Below are positions 1 to 15,125 of a stretch of 64,000 bases of DNA, piece by piece. The notes beneath the pieces were generated by a model. That model searched no databases. It had not been told where the DNA came from and was given only the letters and a program-made list of their open reading frames with translations. Position 1 is the first letter of the stretch. The number at the start of each line of letters is the position of its first letter. The translations under genes and the position numbers were made by a program. Source of the stretch: Eledone cirrhosa (lineage: Eukaryota); NCBI GenBank assembly GCA_964016885.1, contig OZ024740.1, forward strand, positions 265,484,001 to 265,548,000, given 5' to 3'.

Positions 1-54
1 GATGTTTATTACGGTATGTCGAATATATTTATCTATAAAACTGTTTATATTGTA

Positions 55-136
55 TTTTGTCTGATGAAGGCATAGCATATTGTTAATATGATATCCCCGA
101 AATATATATAATGAAATAAATATGGTTTTATAAATA
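55..136 (+). ncRNA. Type I hammerhead ribozyme motif (minimal helix III, PLE/retrozyme type)
   Basis: TTTTGT-CTGATGA(61-67)-long helix II containing CATATT/GTT/AATATG-GAAA(119-122)-TATATA-TA-ATGAAA. Helix I TTTTGT pairs with ATGAAA using two GU pairs; predicted cleavage triplet AUA. Confidence 0.55.
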
Positions 137-156
137 TAGTTTTCCATTTATTTAAT

Positions 157-212
<56 letters not shown>

Positions 213-311
213 TGTGTGTTTGTGTGTGTCCAAATATATATACATATTTTAAATATAGAAATTTGTATAAATATTTTTCATTATTACCCACTTATACACA
301 CACACAAGCAC

Positions 312-359
<48 letters not shown>

Positions 360-371
360 TATATGTGTATG

Positions 372-625
372 AGTGGTGAATGTCGAATGTACGTTCGTGT
401 ATGTGTGTAAATGGTGAATGTGTAATGTACGTTCGTGTATGTGTGTAAATGGTGAATGTGTAATGTACGTTCGTGTATGTGTGTAAATGGTGAATGTGTA
501 ATGTACGTTCGTGTATGTGTGTAAATGGTGAATGTGTAATGTACGTTCGTGTATGTGTGTAAATGGTGAATGTCGAATGTACGTTCGTGTATGTGTGTAA
601 ATGGTGAATGTGTAATGTACGTTCT
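372..625. repeat. 38-bp minisatellite, about 6.5 copies
   Basis: Unit AAATGGTGAATGTGTAATGTACGTTCGTGTATGTGTGT; period 38 (411, 449, ...). Confidence 0.95.
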
Positions 626-1222
626 TGTATGTCTCTATTTCACTGTAATGTTGGTGTGTCATCTAAAATACTATTTTCTTGATAAAACTACACACACACA
701 CACACAAACACACACAACCACCCACACGCACACGAATACTCACAAAGACACACACATACTCATACTCACATAGGCAATTAAATACATATATTCTGTAAGC
801 ATATTCATATTATTCGAGGCCATACAAGAAGCATATTTATCATTGTAAAAGGACATACTTTAAAACATATACGATATATTTTTTTCATGTAAAATTAAGT
901 TCTAAAGGAGAAATATTTCTAACAATACAACGTAAACTTGTTTTTTGTAATTGTTTTATTTATCTTTCTTTGCTATTTTTTTCATATGCTAAATCAAAAA
1001 TATTCTTGAAAATTTAGAATATATATTTAAATTTTTTTTCCTAAAACAAATGTATCTAGGAAAATGTCATATATTACAAACTACCCTTCAGTCCAGTGGC
1101 ATTTAAAAAATTGTTTTAAAACTTTATTACATATATGAAGGGTTTTTCTTTCAAAACTGATATTTATAATTATTTATATATTTTATGCGGTTTTATTTAT
1201 GTATGTATGAGATTGAATCCAC

Positions 1223-2690
<1,468 letters not shown>

Positions 2691-3522
2691 TGTGTTCTTG
2701 TGTACATATATACATGTTATTTTTCTTTGAAAATATACCGCAGATGCGTTGACGACGGATACATTAATATACTGGGTGTTTTGAAACTTCAAATTAACAG
2801 TTTCTATTGTTTATCTGACAATAAGCGCCATTGTGTTTATCGTAATTGTTACTTGCATTAGAATACATTTGCACTTAGGCATATGTTTACATACTTTGCA
2901 CGTACATATCTTCGTGGGCAGATATGTTTATATGCCCATAATTATAACTGAAGAGTTAGACCTGAGCCTCTAATTTTATGTATATGGTAGATTCAATACG
3001 GATGTTATACAAGTTGATTATAATGTTGGTGAGTTTTACTGGTTATTACTTATTAGAAATTGGCACATGTCTTACATAATAAACGGAGTAATGACGGGAA
3101 AATGTTTTCGTGCTATAAATTTCATATTTTCCTATCAGTTTTAATAATAGATCATCTGAAAACTTTAGGCATATTTCATAATAAGGTTTGTTGATAAGAG
3201 CTTTGTTTGTATGTTTTATTATATTATCCGACAACGTGCTTCGGTGGGATATCATCATTGTATAGTTGTGTAACATTTGAGCTGAAAATGCAATTGCAAA
3301 ATTTAAGTTTAATGTCAATGTTGATGTCATTGTCGATTGTATTTTGATCGCTAACGGCAATTCTTATTCATTGGAGACTCAAACCCGCTACAGCGCTGCT
3401 ATGTCAGGGTTCGGCGTACTATAAACAACAACAAAATCTCGAAGAAATCGAAACCTATCGGCTTAAAGTATCGGCGATATATCAGAAAATATCGACTGGA
3501 TATTGTGCTCATGACAAGAAGC

Positions 3523-3700
3523 AACGCAGGCATGGATGAGTGGCTAAGATGTTTACTTCGCGCTCATGAGATTTCGATTTCGAACCCAGTAAGTGACATT
3601 TCAGGCAAGTATCGTGGCCCTAGGCTGTGGTCGACCTAAACCTCTTGATTGAAATTGAATAAACGGGAACTGCGTGGAAATACGTTGGACGCATTGTACA
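3523..3700 (+). mobile_element. Old tRNA-derived SINE, second (CORE-like) family
   Basis: A-box-like TGGATGAGTGG, B-box-like GATTTCGAACCC, then GACATTTCAGGCAAGT CORE-like segment; resembles an abundant octopus SINE from memory. Confidence 0.45.
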
Positions 3701-4689
3701 TTTAATGCAATGGTCCAACCTTGTTATATATTGTGTCTATTTGATACACGCAGGAATTACGTTAAACGTATCCCTGTTTGTGGAATATTCAAACACTTAT
3801 ATGACTTGAACGCTATTGATCATTAGTCTGTTTGCTAGGAGATAAGATTGAGTTAACCAACAACATTAGCAGGAACAGGAAACTGATTTTTTCCCATCGT
3901 ATGGAATTAAAAATACAATATGAGAAATTCTTCGTATCGTTTGTAAACTGTCATTGCAAATCTCGTGAGTATTTATAATTAGAAAGCCTTAGAGGGAAAA
4001 TTTACATTCTCACGCGATAGCAATAACAGCTAAATCACCTTCAAACCACAATGTTTTCATTTTATATAATATTGCACTGTTCATATACTTACTCATGTCA
4101 CCATGTTTTGTCGACTTTCACTACATAATATGTTTCTGCTATGGAATCATGGACCAAACTCATTTTCTATACTGTTTCTGGAGGCATAGTGTTTGTTGTT
4201 TGGTGTAATGGAATGTAATATAAACATGGAAATCTTACCTACCTAGCAGCTTCTAGAGGATTCCTCTGAGAAAATGATAGCAGAGCATGCATATGATATC
4301 GTCCTAATGGAGATCTTCAAAACATGTGATCTAATGAGATAAGCAATTCTAGATATGTGTTCACTACGTTATTTTGTGAAAGTTTAACCACAAGTCAACT
4401 ATGAAAAAACAAATCTGAACGATCATATTAGCCTCTATGAGTATTTTTTCTTTTATCTTAAAGCGGAAGGTTGCGATTTGAAAAGGATATGACTGCTATA
4501 TCTAGCAAGTCAGCTGATCCTGTTGAAGCTCCCTTGTTGAATCGTAATTAATCCTGGTGTTTTATATTGCAGGGAGTTCTGTTCTCCGTAGCTGCAACAG
4601 TTAAAACAAGGCTGCAGATTTCCTCGATTTTAACATTAATCTTTGTTCATATAGTTTCACCTATTTAATATTTTGTTGATATATTAGTC

Positions 4690-4850
4690 TAGCGGCGAAT
4701 AGGTAGAGTCAATAGAATGTCGGATAGACTGCTTAGTGGTATTAGATCCGGCTCTTTGATCAATAAGTCTGAATCCCGCCGAAGTCAAATTTGCCTTTTA
4801 TTCTTCCTTTTGAGCTTGATAAAAGTGTCAATATATTACTGGGGTTGACT
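4690..4850 (+). mobile_element. Diverged copy of the main tRNA-derived SINE
   Basis: GAATCCCGCCGAAGTCAAATTTGCCTTTTATTC...GATAAAA matches the younger copies. Confidence 0.65.
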
Positions 4851-4873
4851 TTTCTTCCTTATATCCCCCCCCC

Positions 4874-4983
<110 letters not shown>

Positions 4984-5754
4984 CTCTACTGCCAGGCGTA
5001 AAATGTCCAAGAAACGCCATATGTCATTACGGCGACCCTAAGACTCCCTCGGAAGTTACGGGACCATACATACAAATATTAGACATTTTTTCCTTCTTCT
5101 TTCATTATATCAGCACTAAACATACAAGCTGTGTTCAAATGATATGCTGATACTTACAGAGAATCGTAATTAAGCAGAACTTTTACCAGTACAATAGGCA
5201 TTCTCACAACCTTATCTTATTGGAGATTTCTCACAATATCTTTCTTTTCTTTTTTTTCTTTTTTTTGTTGTTAATTTGGAACGAAGGTTTGGTGTCGGGG
5301 CATTCTCTGGAAATCATGACTATCAGCTATCATATAGATAAGCGTTATCATATATCTGATAATATAGCGTTATTCCCTAGCGTAGCTAGTAAGAGCATAT
5401 CACCTGCGATTGGCTATTTTAAGTAACATAAAAAAATACATACCTCTTCCCAAAAAGATAATTGCAAAAAACATAGCAAATATTTAATTTTCATTGGCAG
5501 TATTTTGGCAGTTGTAGTTATTTTCGGTCAATTGGTTTGTTAACGGTAGAATAGCATTAATATAATCAGGTTTTAGAAGACAGTAAGTGTATTAAAATTA
5601 ATGTTACGTGGCGCTTAAGACCATTTATAGACATTTAATGAAACTAAACATATGTTGTTTTTTTTCTGAAATTTCGTAAAAATCTTGAAGGTGTAATTGA
5701 CTCAAGGAATAGTATGTGAATATGTATTATGTATATATATATATATATATATAT

Positions 5755-6223
5755 ACACTCACTGTTTGGTTGGTTTTCGCTTCTGTATCTTTTATATCTC
5801 TACACTTAATTTATTCGGTCCTCAATGTTTACCATTGACTGACCTACGGTCAAAAATACAGATATAATACAGATATAAACACATATATATATATATATAG
5901 TCTAACAAAGTTCTTTCGTTGCACATCTGCAACATCATCAGGGGTACTATTATTTTCCTCCTGTTGTATTGTATATCTACGCCATTTATCAGAAAAAAAT
6001 GGCGTAGATATACAATACAACAGGAGGAACATAATATTACCACTGATGATGTTGCAGATGTGCTAAGAAAGAGCTTTGTTAGACTATACATATGTGTTTA
6101 TATCCATATTATATCTCTATTTTTGACCGTTGGTCAGTCAATGGTAAACATTGAGGACCGAATGGAATGGATTAACTGAGATATAAAAGATACAGAAGCG
6201 AAAACCAACCAAACAGTGAGTGT
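5755..6223. mobile_element. Solo palindromic pair of PLE terminal repeats (pLTR), same family as 50855-53388
   Basis: 5755-5987 is an imperfect reverse complement of 5996-6223; both arms match 50957-51180 and 53110-53335. Confidence 0.85.
5899..5947 (-). ncRNA. Hammerhead ribozyme core in PLE pLTR
   Basis: Reverse strand reads CTGATGA-T-GTTGCA-GATG-TGCAAC-GAAA-GAACTT. Helix II is a perfect 6 bp; helix I is imperfect. Confidence 0.55.
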
Positions 6224-6624
6224 CTCTCTCGTCTACGATTTCACAGAATTATGTTTACCGAATTCACGACTAGACCCTTCTTCCTCCCGTTAGACCTGTG
6301 CGAAATTCCTTCCTTGTTCACATTTCAACCAGGTTTGATGGTCTTTATTCTCTCTCGTTCACGATTTCCCCGAACTTATATTCATGGAAATTTGGGACTT
6401 GACTCGTTCTTTCATCACTTTTCGTTGCTTCACCATCTTTGTTTGTTTACACTCTCGCTGTTCCCTTTATTTACATGTCCCAACGACTTTCTTTAGCCGT
6501 TGTTCGCACCAACCGGAGGTATATGGTCTTTAAAGCGAAGAAATACCGATGATGGTTGGAAGATCATTGATGAAGGACCACTTTATTCATATGTAACCCA
6601 TTTGCAACTCCGCAGCATGTTTGT

Positions 6625-6681
<57 letters not shown>

Positions 6682-6684
<3 letters not shown>

Positions 6685-7200
6685 TAGCTGACCCGTCCGG
6701 CTGGCCTCCGTCTACCATTGGCGTGTTCTACGGCATCCAGATATGTATATATAGCTGACCTACCTAGCTTCGTTTGGATAAACAGATGATAAGCCGTCCG
6801 TGTAGTATAGTATTACTGTTGAAAATATATAGTACAGTACATTATTATTGTTGAAAATATATAGGGTAGTACAGTATTACTGTTGAAAATATGTAGTATA
6901 GTATAGTATTACTGTTGAAAATATAGTAGTATAGTATAGTATTACTGTTGAAAATATAGTAGCATAGTATAGTATTACTGTTGAAAATATAGTAGTATAG
7001 TATAGTAATACTGTTGAAAATATGTACACGAATATATAATTATATATATATATATAATTAATTAAAATTTGGTTAGAAGCGAAGTCAATGCAGACAGGCA
7101 GACATACAGACAGATATTATATGCGTGCGACGTTATAGCAATGTATCTATCTAAAAAGACAGAGTAAGAAAGAGAGAGAAATGTCATATTATATATATTA
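6682..7200 (-). mobile_element. Putative non-autonomous Helitron-like element with internal minisatellite
   Basis: (TA)n followed by ACTAGCTGACCCGTCCGG, i.e. the reverse strand ends in a GC-rich stretch plus CTAG|T; internal tandem repeat and (CAGA)n-like tract near the other end. Confidence 0.4.
6800..7025. repeat. ~33-bp minisatellite, about 7 copies
   Basis: Unit AGTATAGTATAGTATTACTGTTGAAAATATAGT; period 33 (6911, 6944, 6977). Confidence 0.9.
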
Positions 7201-7389
7201 TATATAATAAAGTACCAGTATTGCACTGATATTAATTGCTGGCCTTGTGCCAAAAGTAGTAACAATTATACTTCTTTTTTATACAACTGTAAATAACATG
7301 TTTATGTAAATATATACACGTATATATACGTATAAAGGAAGGTTGTAATAAAATGTGCAAATTAAACTGTCTCTTATTTATGATACTAA

Positions 7390-7441
<52 letters not shown>

Positions 7442-8344
7442 ACAGGGAGAAAGAGACGATTATGAGGAAGAAAAATATTTTTTTTTCCTTTTTTTGTTTC
7501 TCTCTTTCTCTTTTCTGGGTTAGAAAATGATTAAAACGAAATGTTTTACTTTGTGTGAAGTATTAAGGTATGAGTTGATTTATTTATTATTAAACAATGG
7601 CATTTATTTATCTATTTATATATTTAATTATTGTCTATTACCGGTTTCAGCATTTATAGGCATTATCAAATGATAGTGAAATGTATTAGTGTGGTGTCGC
7701 ACATGTTAAACAGAAGGTGCAGAAAGAATAATGTTATATACAAACAAGGTTTAAGAAGTAAAAAGAAAAAGGAAAAAAAAGCGTGCATAATGTGGAACGT
7801 AAAAAGTCAATGTGGAAGAAAAAATAATGTTATTTACAAGCACAGTCATTGAAGTTAAGCAGTTCAAAATGTATTAATGTCGCAAGAGTGCTTAGTTGAA
7901 CCATGGTTCCGCGAAGAAGGCAAATGGTGGACTGTGGTTTGATATGATTTCCGTTTTTAGAGAGTTAATATGCAGGGGGAAGCAATTCTTGCAGGGTGAT
8001 ATTTAATTTATTTAAGAAAAAGGATTAGGTAGGGTGTGGGGGAGGTAACTCTTGTAAATGTTTATATATTTTTTTAATTTCTTTCTACTATCTTTTATTG
8101 TCTCTTATTCTCATTCGATTTACCCATTATATAACCTCCCTCCTCCACTTCATACATTATCCTTAGATTCTGCTGTATACATATCACTTTCAACGCCTGA
8201 CCGCTCCACTCACTCCCCTATTGTTCTACAGGCAATTTCAGCCACCCCTACCTCCCACCAAATGTCATGATAGACTTATTTGTGTTTACAACAAATTTTA
8301 ACCAATCCTCTTGACAACTACAATCTTCCCATATAAGGAAGTAC

Positions 8345-8440
8345 ACCCTTGACAAGTTCGGCTATTTATTCACCAGGCTAAAAATTCTAATTTAGTCCAG
8401 AAATAGCCGTCGAAACAGCTTGAGCTCTGCCGTCGGGGTC
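8345..8440 (+). ncRNA. Type I hammerhead-like motif with U3-A8 core; helix III apparently damaged
   Basis: CCC-TTGACAA(8349-8355)-helix II CGGCTATTT/AAATAGCCG-GAAAC(8412)-AGC TTGA GCT-CTGCC-GTC-GGG. The CTGCC lacks its partner, suggesting a 5-nt deletion. Confidence 0.45.
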
Positions 8441-9497
8441 ATACTTTTTCCTATTTCCTACTCTAGTACCCTAAGTATTGAGTACTCTGGTGCGTTATGG
8501 TCCGGCTGGTTCCTTACCACATTTCCTTTGTTATATATATATAGCGCGAAGGGTAGCCGTAAGCACCTGGATATTATAAGTATAGTAAACGGAGAGCGAG
8601 AAAAAAGGAAGAGAGTTTAAAGCGTGAGATGAGAAATGAGAGGGGTACGGAGAGATAAAGAGAGAGAAGAGAGGAGAAAAGAGGAGAGGTGAAGAGATAA
8701 GCGGGAATGAGATCGATGGAGCAGAACATTTAAAGTATTGTGAAAAAGAATAAAAAATAATGGAAAAAGTAAACTAGTTAGAAAAATAGAACTTTAGCAT
8801 CTATACCAACATGGTTTCTCGCGCGAAAAGGAACGCGCAACAGAACCTAAATTTCTGTTGTTCTGACGCTGGAATAGCGGAACAAGAGAGCAGTGGTACA
8901 CCTCCATACCAAGCCGTGGTCGACAGGAAAAAAACGCTGACTGTTATTCTGACCGGAGCAGCAGCCGCAGTAGCCGACAATAGGCCAGCAGTATCAGAGG
9001 TGGCAGAGGTAATAACATGGGAAGTCTATATAAGGAAAAAAGAAATAGAGGCAAAAGATTTAGATAGATAAATATATAAAAAGTTACCTGTATCTGGCAC
9101 TGTATTCGTTCAATTTAGAAAGCCAACATGGCTCAAATTATGTATGTAAATACTTATTGAAAAGATTTGAAGCGTGGAGGGTATATGAATTTTCATAAAA
9201 TTTTCTGTTCAGAATTATGTTTTAATTTAAAAATATATAAATATTCCGGGAGACACAAGTCACATTTTTCTTCCTGGCTTGTACGAATAGGCTACTTTCA
9301 ATTTCTTCCACTTAATTGGCCGCATTGAGGTTCCATATATGTCTAGTTAAGGATGGTGAGCTACTTTTCTTTTCTGAAAGATTGGCGGCAAACATTCTTA
9401 CAAAATGTAACTTGTCTCTCACGGTATGTTTGTAGCATAAGAGAGGTGTATATAAAGACAAATGTAAGCATATAATTCGTTTATATACAACAAACAA

Positions 9498-9763
9498 ATG
9501 GGTAGCCTCACTGCTGAAGAAAAATACTTTTTGTAAATAAACGAAATATTTTAATACGTTTATAAACCGTAAACATATTAGTAACCCGTATTTTCTGAAT
9601 GAGTGTCAATGAAGAAAGATTAACAAATCTTGAAACAACGTTGCTGGCATTCTGAGAATATACGGGCAAGTCTGTGATATTTCATGGAGAATAATAGAAG
9701 AAAATAAAATTTATTTCGTTTCGTTACGGAAAAATATTTTTCTTCGGTAGTGAGGCTACCCAT
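9498..9763. repeat. ~50-bp inverted repeats enclosing ~165 bp (MITE-like or PLE-type inversion)
   Basis: ATGGGTAGCCTCACTGCTGAAGAAAAATA versus TATTTTTCTTCGGTAGTGAGGCTACCCAT. Confidence 0.7.
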
Positions 9764-9824
9764 ATATTTATTATAGATAATCGTATTATGTATGTTTATA
9801 TATGACTCCATATACATCATTATT

Positions 9825-9997
9825 CGGGAGAGGGTCGGACACCATGCTTTGACGCATAGAGTTACGGCCCTTGCCATTCTGAGTTCAAATCCCGCCGAGG
9901 TTAACTTTGCCTTTCATCCTTACGGGGTCGATAAAATAAAGTACCAGTAATACACTAGTTAATTGCTGGCCTTGTGCCAAAAATAGAAACAATTATT
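9825..9997 (+). mobile_element. Main tRNA-derived SINE (possibly Meta/MESC-domain type)
   Basis: B-box GAGTTCAAATCCC, central GCCTTTCATCCTTACGGGGTCGATAAAATAAAGTACCAG, 3' end GGCCTTGTGCC...AGAAACAATTATT. Confidence 0.85.
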
Positions 9998-10009
9998 ATG
10001 CTTAAGCAT

Positions 10010-10180
10010 AAATAAATTAACTATGGAAATATAAAAGATACATAAGCGAAAACCAACCCAAACCAAACAATGAGTATGTTCTGTTATTATTTCTGGCAAT
10101 ATTATAACGATATGACCCTCCCCAAGTATAACAATATTTGTTTTGACACACGATTTCATATAAAAAAACTTGCAAAGCAA
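10010..10180 (+). mobile_element. PLE pLTR 3' fragment
   Basis: Matches 53278-53386 and the reverse complement of 50855-51010 (TATGACCCTCCCCAAGTATAACAATATTTG). Confidence 0.75.
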
Positions 10181-10297
10181 ATATATATATATATATAAAT
10201 ATATATATATATATTTGCTCTACGGTTCTTATATATTTGATATATATTTATCCTTATCGAGCCCTCTTTGGATTTTAGTCTTCAATTTTATTATTAT

Positions 10298-10338
<41 letters not shown>

Positions 10339-10370
10339 TATATATATATATTATATATATATATATATAA

Positions 10371-10445
<75 letters not shown>

Positions 10446-10672
10446 ATATATAAATATATATATAAATATATAGATCAGAGCAAACAGCACGGACACTCTA
10501 TCTCAAAATTATTTTTGAAAAGCATTTAGAAATGCGCAACCGGTAAAAACTTAAAAACTTAAAACCACAACTGAATACTAACCCATACAATCACTAATAC
10601 TCTTTGATTCCTAATTAAACCATTTTTCAACTGTGAACAATTTGTCAGCATTTTCTATTCCGTTTACCAATA

Positions 10673-10816
<144 letters not shown>

Positions 10817-10840
10817 CTTTATACATATATATTTATAATT

Positions 10841-11643
10841 GGCAGTAGCAAAGGTAGGCAAATCAGAGAAGCAACTGAGATAGAACTAAGAAGACCGAAG
10901 TTGAACAGAATGAACGAATGGAATAACAACAACCATACCCAAACAAACAATATTGACTTAAGGGAAATATAAATAAATAAATAAATATATACACAAGTAC
11001 AATAACAACGAACATATAAACACACACTAATGAACAAATATAGAATACAAAAACAAAAACACATACACTCAAACGCGAACACACACACAAAACATTAAAC
11101 ACACACGACAATATCTATCTGACGCATGCGCAGAGACAGAGATAAGAATAAATAAATAAATAAATAAATAAATAAAAATGGCGTAGACTTTACAATACAA
11201 TGGGAGGACACATAGTAGTACCACTGATGATGTCGCAGTTGCGTGACGAAAGAACTTTGATAGGCTATATATATATATATATGTATATATTTATATCAGT
11301 ATTTCTAATCGTTGGTCAAACAATGATAAACATTTATTGCCAAATAAATTAACTATGGAGATATAAAAGATACAGAAGCGGAAACCAAACCCAAACCAAA
11401 TAGTGAGTGTGTTCTGTTATTATTTTGGAAATATTGGCTGTATCGGTAGAGGGTCGGACGCCATGCTTTGAAGCATAGCGTTACCTCCCTTTATGATCTG
11501 AGTTCAAATCCTGCCGAGGTTAACTTTGCCTTTCATACTTATGGGGTCGATAAAATAAAGTACCAGTAATGCAATGGTTAATTGCTGGCCTTGTGCCAAA
11601 TGTAGAAACAATTATAACAATATGACCCTCCACAAGTATAACA

Positions 11644-11645
<2 letters not shown>
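10841..11645 (+). mobile_element. PLE 3' fragment: end of GIY-YIG ORF plus pLTR with hammerhead core, interrupted by a SINE
   Basis: Translates RQIREATEIELRRPKLNRMNEW; CTGATGA(11224)-GTCGC-AGTT-GCGTGAC-GAAA(11248); homologous to 52960-53388. Confidence 0.75.
11435..11613 (+). mobile_element. Main SINE inserted into the PLE pLTR
   Basis: Full family match; PLE sequence resumes at 11614. Confidence 0.85.
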
Positions 11646-11680
<35 letters not shown>

Positions 11681-11691
11681 CGCGCGTCCGT

Positions 11692-11722
<31 letters not shown>

Positions 11723-13344
11723 AATATATACCTACATGCATAAATTCATATATCGATATATATGCACACAGATACACACACATACACATATATATATACA
11801 TATATATGAGAGTGTGTGTGTGTTTTGTGTGTCTGAGTGTGTGTGTACGTATGTATATATGTATGTATGTAGGTATGTGTGTACGGGTGCGTGCTGCATT
11901 TAAATTTTCCTGATTCAATAATACTACAGATTAAGCTGAATAGTCAATATTGATTTGAAACATTCATGGGTTTAGATTAGAAAATAATAATAACTTTAAC
12001 CAAAACGGACCATTTATACCATTACATATCTTGAAGCAAATTTTAGCTCTGTCCTATTTCTGATTGAGATTGGTGACAAAATGTACGTTGAATCATTGCA
12101 TATATAACTAAAACTATTAAAATATCTGTTCAAAGGATGTAAAAAATTATAACGAATATATTTTATCGTAATCTTTTCTCCCAAGGATTTTAATATTCAG
12201 TTCAACTGTTATTGATTCATTTAACCATATGCATTACAAATTTATGGCTTTCAGGCATGAGGGAAAATTTGCGTGATAGTCTTCATGCACTATTCGCCAT
12301 TCACCAACAAATAAGCTGTTATTGATGTGACACCACAGTTTTTTTTCTCGCTCAAAATTGAAAAGATTTTTTTTTAAATTTAACTTAGTTTAATATCTGC
12401 TTGACAAATGTTGAAAATGCAGGAAGTAGTTTTTCCTCGTATGAATAGATTTCTGACTCAATGAAATCCGTAAACATAAGCTAAACGTTATGGATTTCTC
12501 AGTAGGACGCTCCTCTAATAGAGTGTCCGTTTCATATCATACGTTTTTAATTATTATTTGAGATTTCCTAAAATTGACCCCCACAGGCATTGTTATTGTC
12601 ATTGTTGCCGTTATGTTTCATGTTTAGACGACGGTGATGTAAAGTCGGTAGGGAGTCCAACTGGATTTTGTAAAGTATTGTAATACTGGCGCTTCACTGC
12701 CTCTGATTTCAAATCCCACCCTTGTTAACCACACATCTTTTCCTGCAGTGTTAAAATTAGCAACAGTAAAAAATGTACTAGTATCTGCTCATGCTGCATC
12801 ACCTATCAAATGTCTTACGGGGTTCATATTCAATAAGGCTATACTTTATATTATTCATATATTATTCATGAAATAATACATCATAAATGGGTATTTCTAA
12901 ACATAAACGCTTTATAATACAGTTAAAATATATCTAAAGGGTAGCATTATGAACATAGTACTTTTGAAGATGAAAGTTGTGCATGTATGAAATTACAAAC
13001 TTTCACTATGTTTATCAGTGAAAGTTAAACAATCGATATGATACACTTATGTTGCTGTCACAATTCCAACTATGAAGAATTCTCAGTACATTTACATGAG
13101 ACATATTATATTCTCTCATGTCCTTTGCAAACCTCAGATAGATATTGTCTCGTGTCTCGGGGGACATCGTTATGAATACATTACCTCCAAGTATCATGAG
13201 ATAGATGTGCTGAAAGAGCCAGTTCAATAAGTAGGACTGGACATCTACATCCTATTCACATTAAGTAGGTCGTTATAGATTCGACGTAAGATATCAGAAT
13301 AGTAACCATTTGAATATGATAGCCAATTTCTATAATGTGTGAGA

Positions 13345-13538
13345 AGCTGGACAACATGCTTCGCGGCATAGAGGTACGGCCATTTACGCTGTGAGTTCAA
13401 ATCGTGGACAGGTTAACTTTGCCTTTTATCCTTAAGGGGTCGATGAAATAAAGCGCAAATAACACCTTGATGTCGATTTCCTAGATATTCCCCAAACCTT
13501 CAAGTTGCTTGCCTTGTGCCAAAAGTAGAAACAATTAC
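13345..13538 (+). mobile_element. Diverged main SINE
   Basis: GAGTTCAAATC...TAACTTTGCCTTTTATCCTTAAGGGGTCGATGAAATAAAG...GCCTTGTGCCAAAAGTAGAAACAATT. Confidence 0.75.
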
Positions 13539-13740
13539 CACCAATCTACCACCAATTATAACTGGAAGAACTGTTCTCCTCGTGATCGCCAAAGCACCAG
13601 CAGGCTAACTGCCTCCGATGGCAGGGATATCAGCGCGATGCCTTACTGAACCTTAAACGATCTCAATTTGATACAAATGTGTATATTTATAATATATATA
13701 TATATAATATATTTATAATATATATATATATATAATATAT

Positions 13741-13862
<122 letters not shown>

Positions 13863-13927
13863 TGTGTGTGTGTACCCCCGATTGAACACGGGATACACAC
13901 ACACACACACACACATATATTCTATTC

Positions 13928-14069
13928 TAAGGCAGGTAAAATGGACGAGTTCTCTCCAGCGGTCTCTGTCCCTCATTATCGCTGCCATGTCCTGCGTCTC
14001 CAACAGACCAGTGTCTGTCCTTAGGGCATCAACATACGTTAACCTTGGTCTTCCTCTTCTAGTGTGTCC
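13928..14069 (-). mobile_element. RTE-like LINE 3' fragment, same family as 20977-21318
   Basis: GHTRRGRPRLTYVDALRTDTGLLETQDMAAIMRDRDRW, near-identical to the 21 kb copy; 5' junction in (TA)n. Confidence 0.75.
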
Positions 14070-14489
14070 ATATATATATATATATATATGATTTACTGCG
14101 GTCAATAATTAAATCACTAAACATCTCTGCCACGTAGCAGCGTAGTGGAAACAGTCAAAGCTTTGGGGCAAGTCGTAAAGTGATATGACCTGTCTCATGA
14201 TTTGGCGTAGGTGAGTGTGGACTGTGTTGTGGAAAAATGCATGCTTAGTAATTCTCTCTGTCTGGTTAAAGTACGAAATGCCAAAAAAGTAGTCCACCAG
14301 CTTAGCTAACAGTATTTCAAACTATTTCATTCGAAGAAATGGGGTACATAATTGTGAAAAGGGGTGCACATTGTAGAGCTAGCCTACAGCGCTAAATACG
14401 ACTGTGAAGCTGCAAACAAAATATCTCTATACTTCAAATCCCACTAACAATGCCAATAGATGTTTAAGTTTTGTTAGTTCCGTGCAAGA

Positions 14490-14635
14490 AGGCGGCGAAT
14501 ACGCAGAGACTTTAGTAAGTCGGATAAAACGATTTGCGGTATTCTTTTTCGCTCTCTACCCTCAAAGTTCAAATCCCACCGAGGTCAACTTTGCCTCTCA
14601 TCTATTTGAAGTCGATAATAAAGTACTATTCAAGT
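14490..14635 (+). mobile_element. Diverged main SINE
   Basis: AGTTCAAATCCCACCGAGGTCAACTTTGCCTCTCATC...GTCGATAATAAAGTAC. Confidence 0.7.
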
Positions 14636-15079
14636 ACATCGATTCTTACTCTTTATTTATTTCTCATTTCCATGATCTCATTCTGCTATATTAAGACCTG
14701 GCGAGGGGATGGGCTGCACCAGGTTTTAAAATGCCCTAGAAACGCCGTATATCAATACGATTCTCGTACGAGGCTCACGGGATTTATGGATTAAACAGAA
14801 AGAAGTTCAGTGCCAAAAATATTTAAAGAACTGTTCTACGAATATATAGTTTGTCGTTATAATGATCGAGCTTGTTTTTTTAACTGGAAAATGATTTTGT
14901 TAAATCAGATCCTATAATTATTTAATATTTTTTATAGCCTTCTGTAGCCTTCTGCCTGGGACCATCCATCGTTCTATGATACAAGGCAGCCTATTTTAAT
15001 GTGTTCATATTTATATAAAAGAGATTGCATCATTTGTGAATATTTGTAAAGTTATGTTTCGAACACTACTGAGAAAGTT

Positions 15080-15081
15080 AG

Positions 15082-15125
<44 letters not shown>

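Noticed and set aside
2730-2800. YRRCVDD, resembling a PLE RT YVDD motif
   Set aside because: Isolated short motif with no other RT motifs in flanking frames.
13015-13320. Protein-like minus-strand stretch (possible exon)
   Set aside because: All frames are interrupted, there is no recognisable domain and the splice signals are weak; needs a BLASTX to say more.
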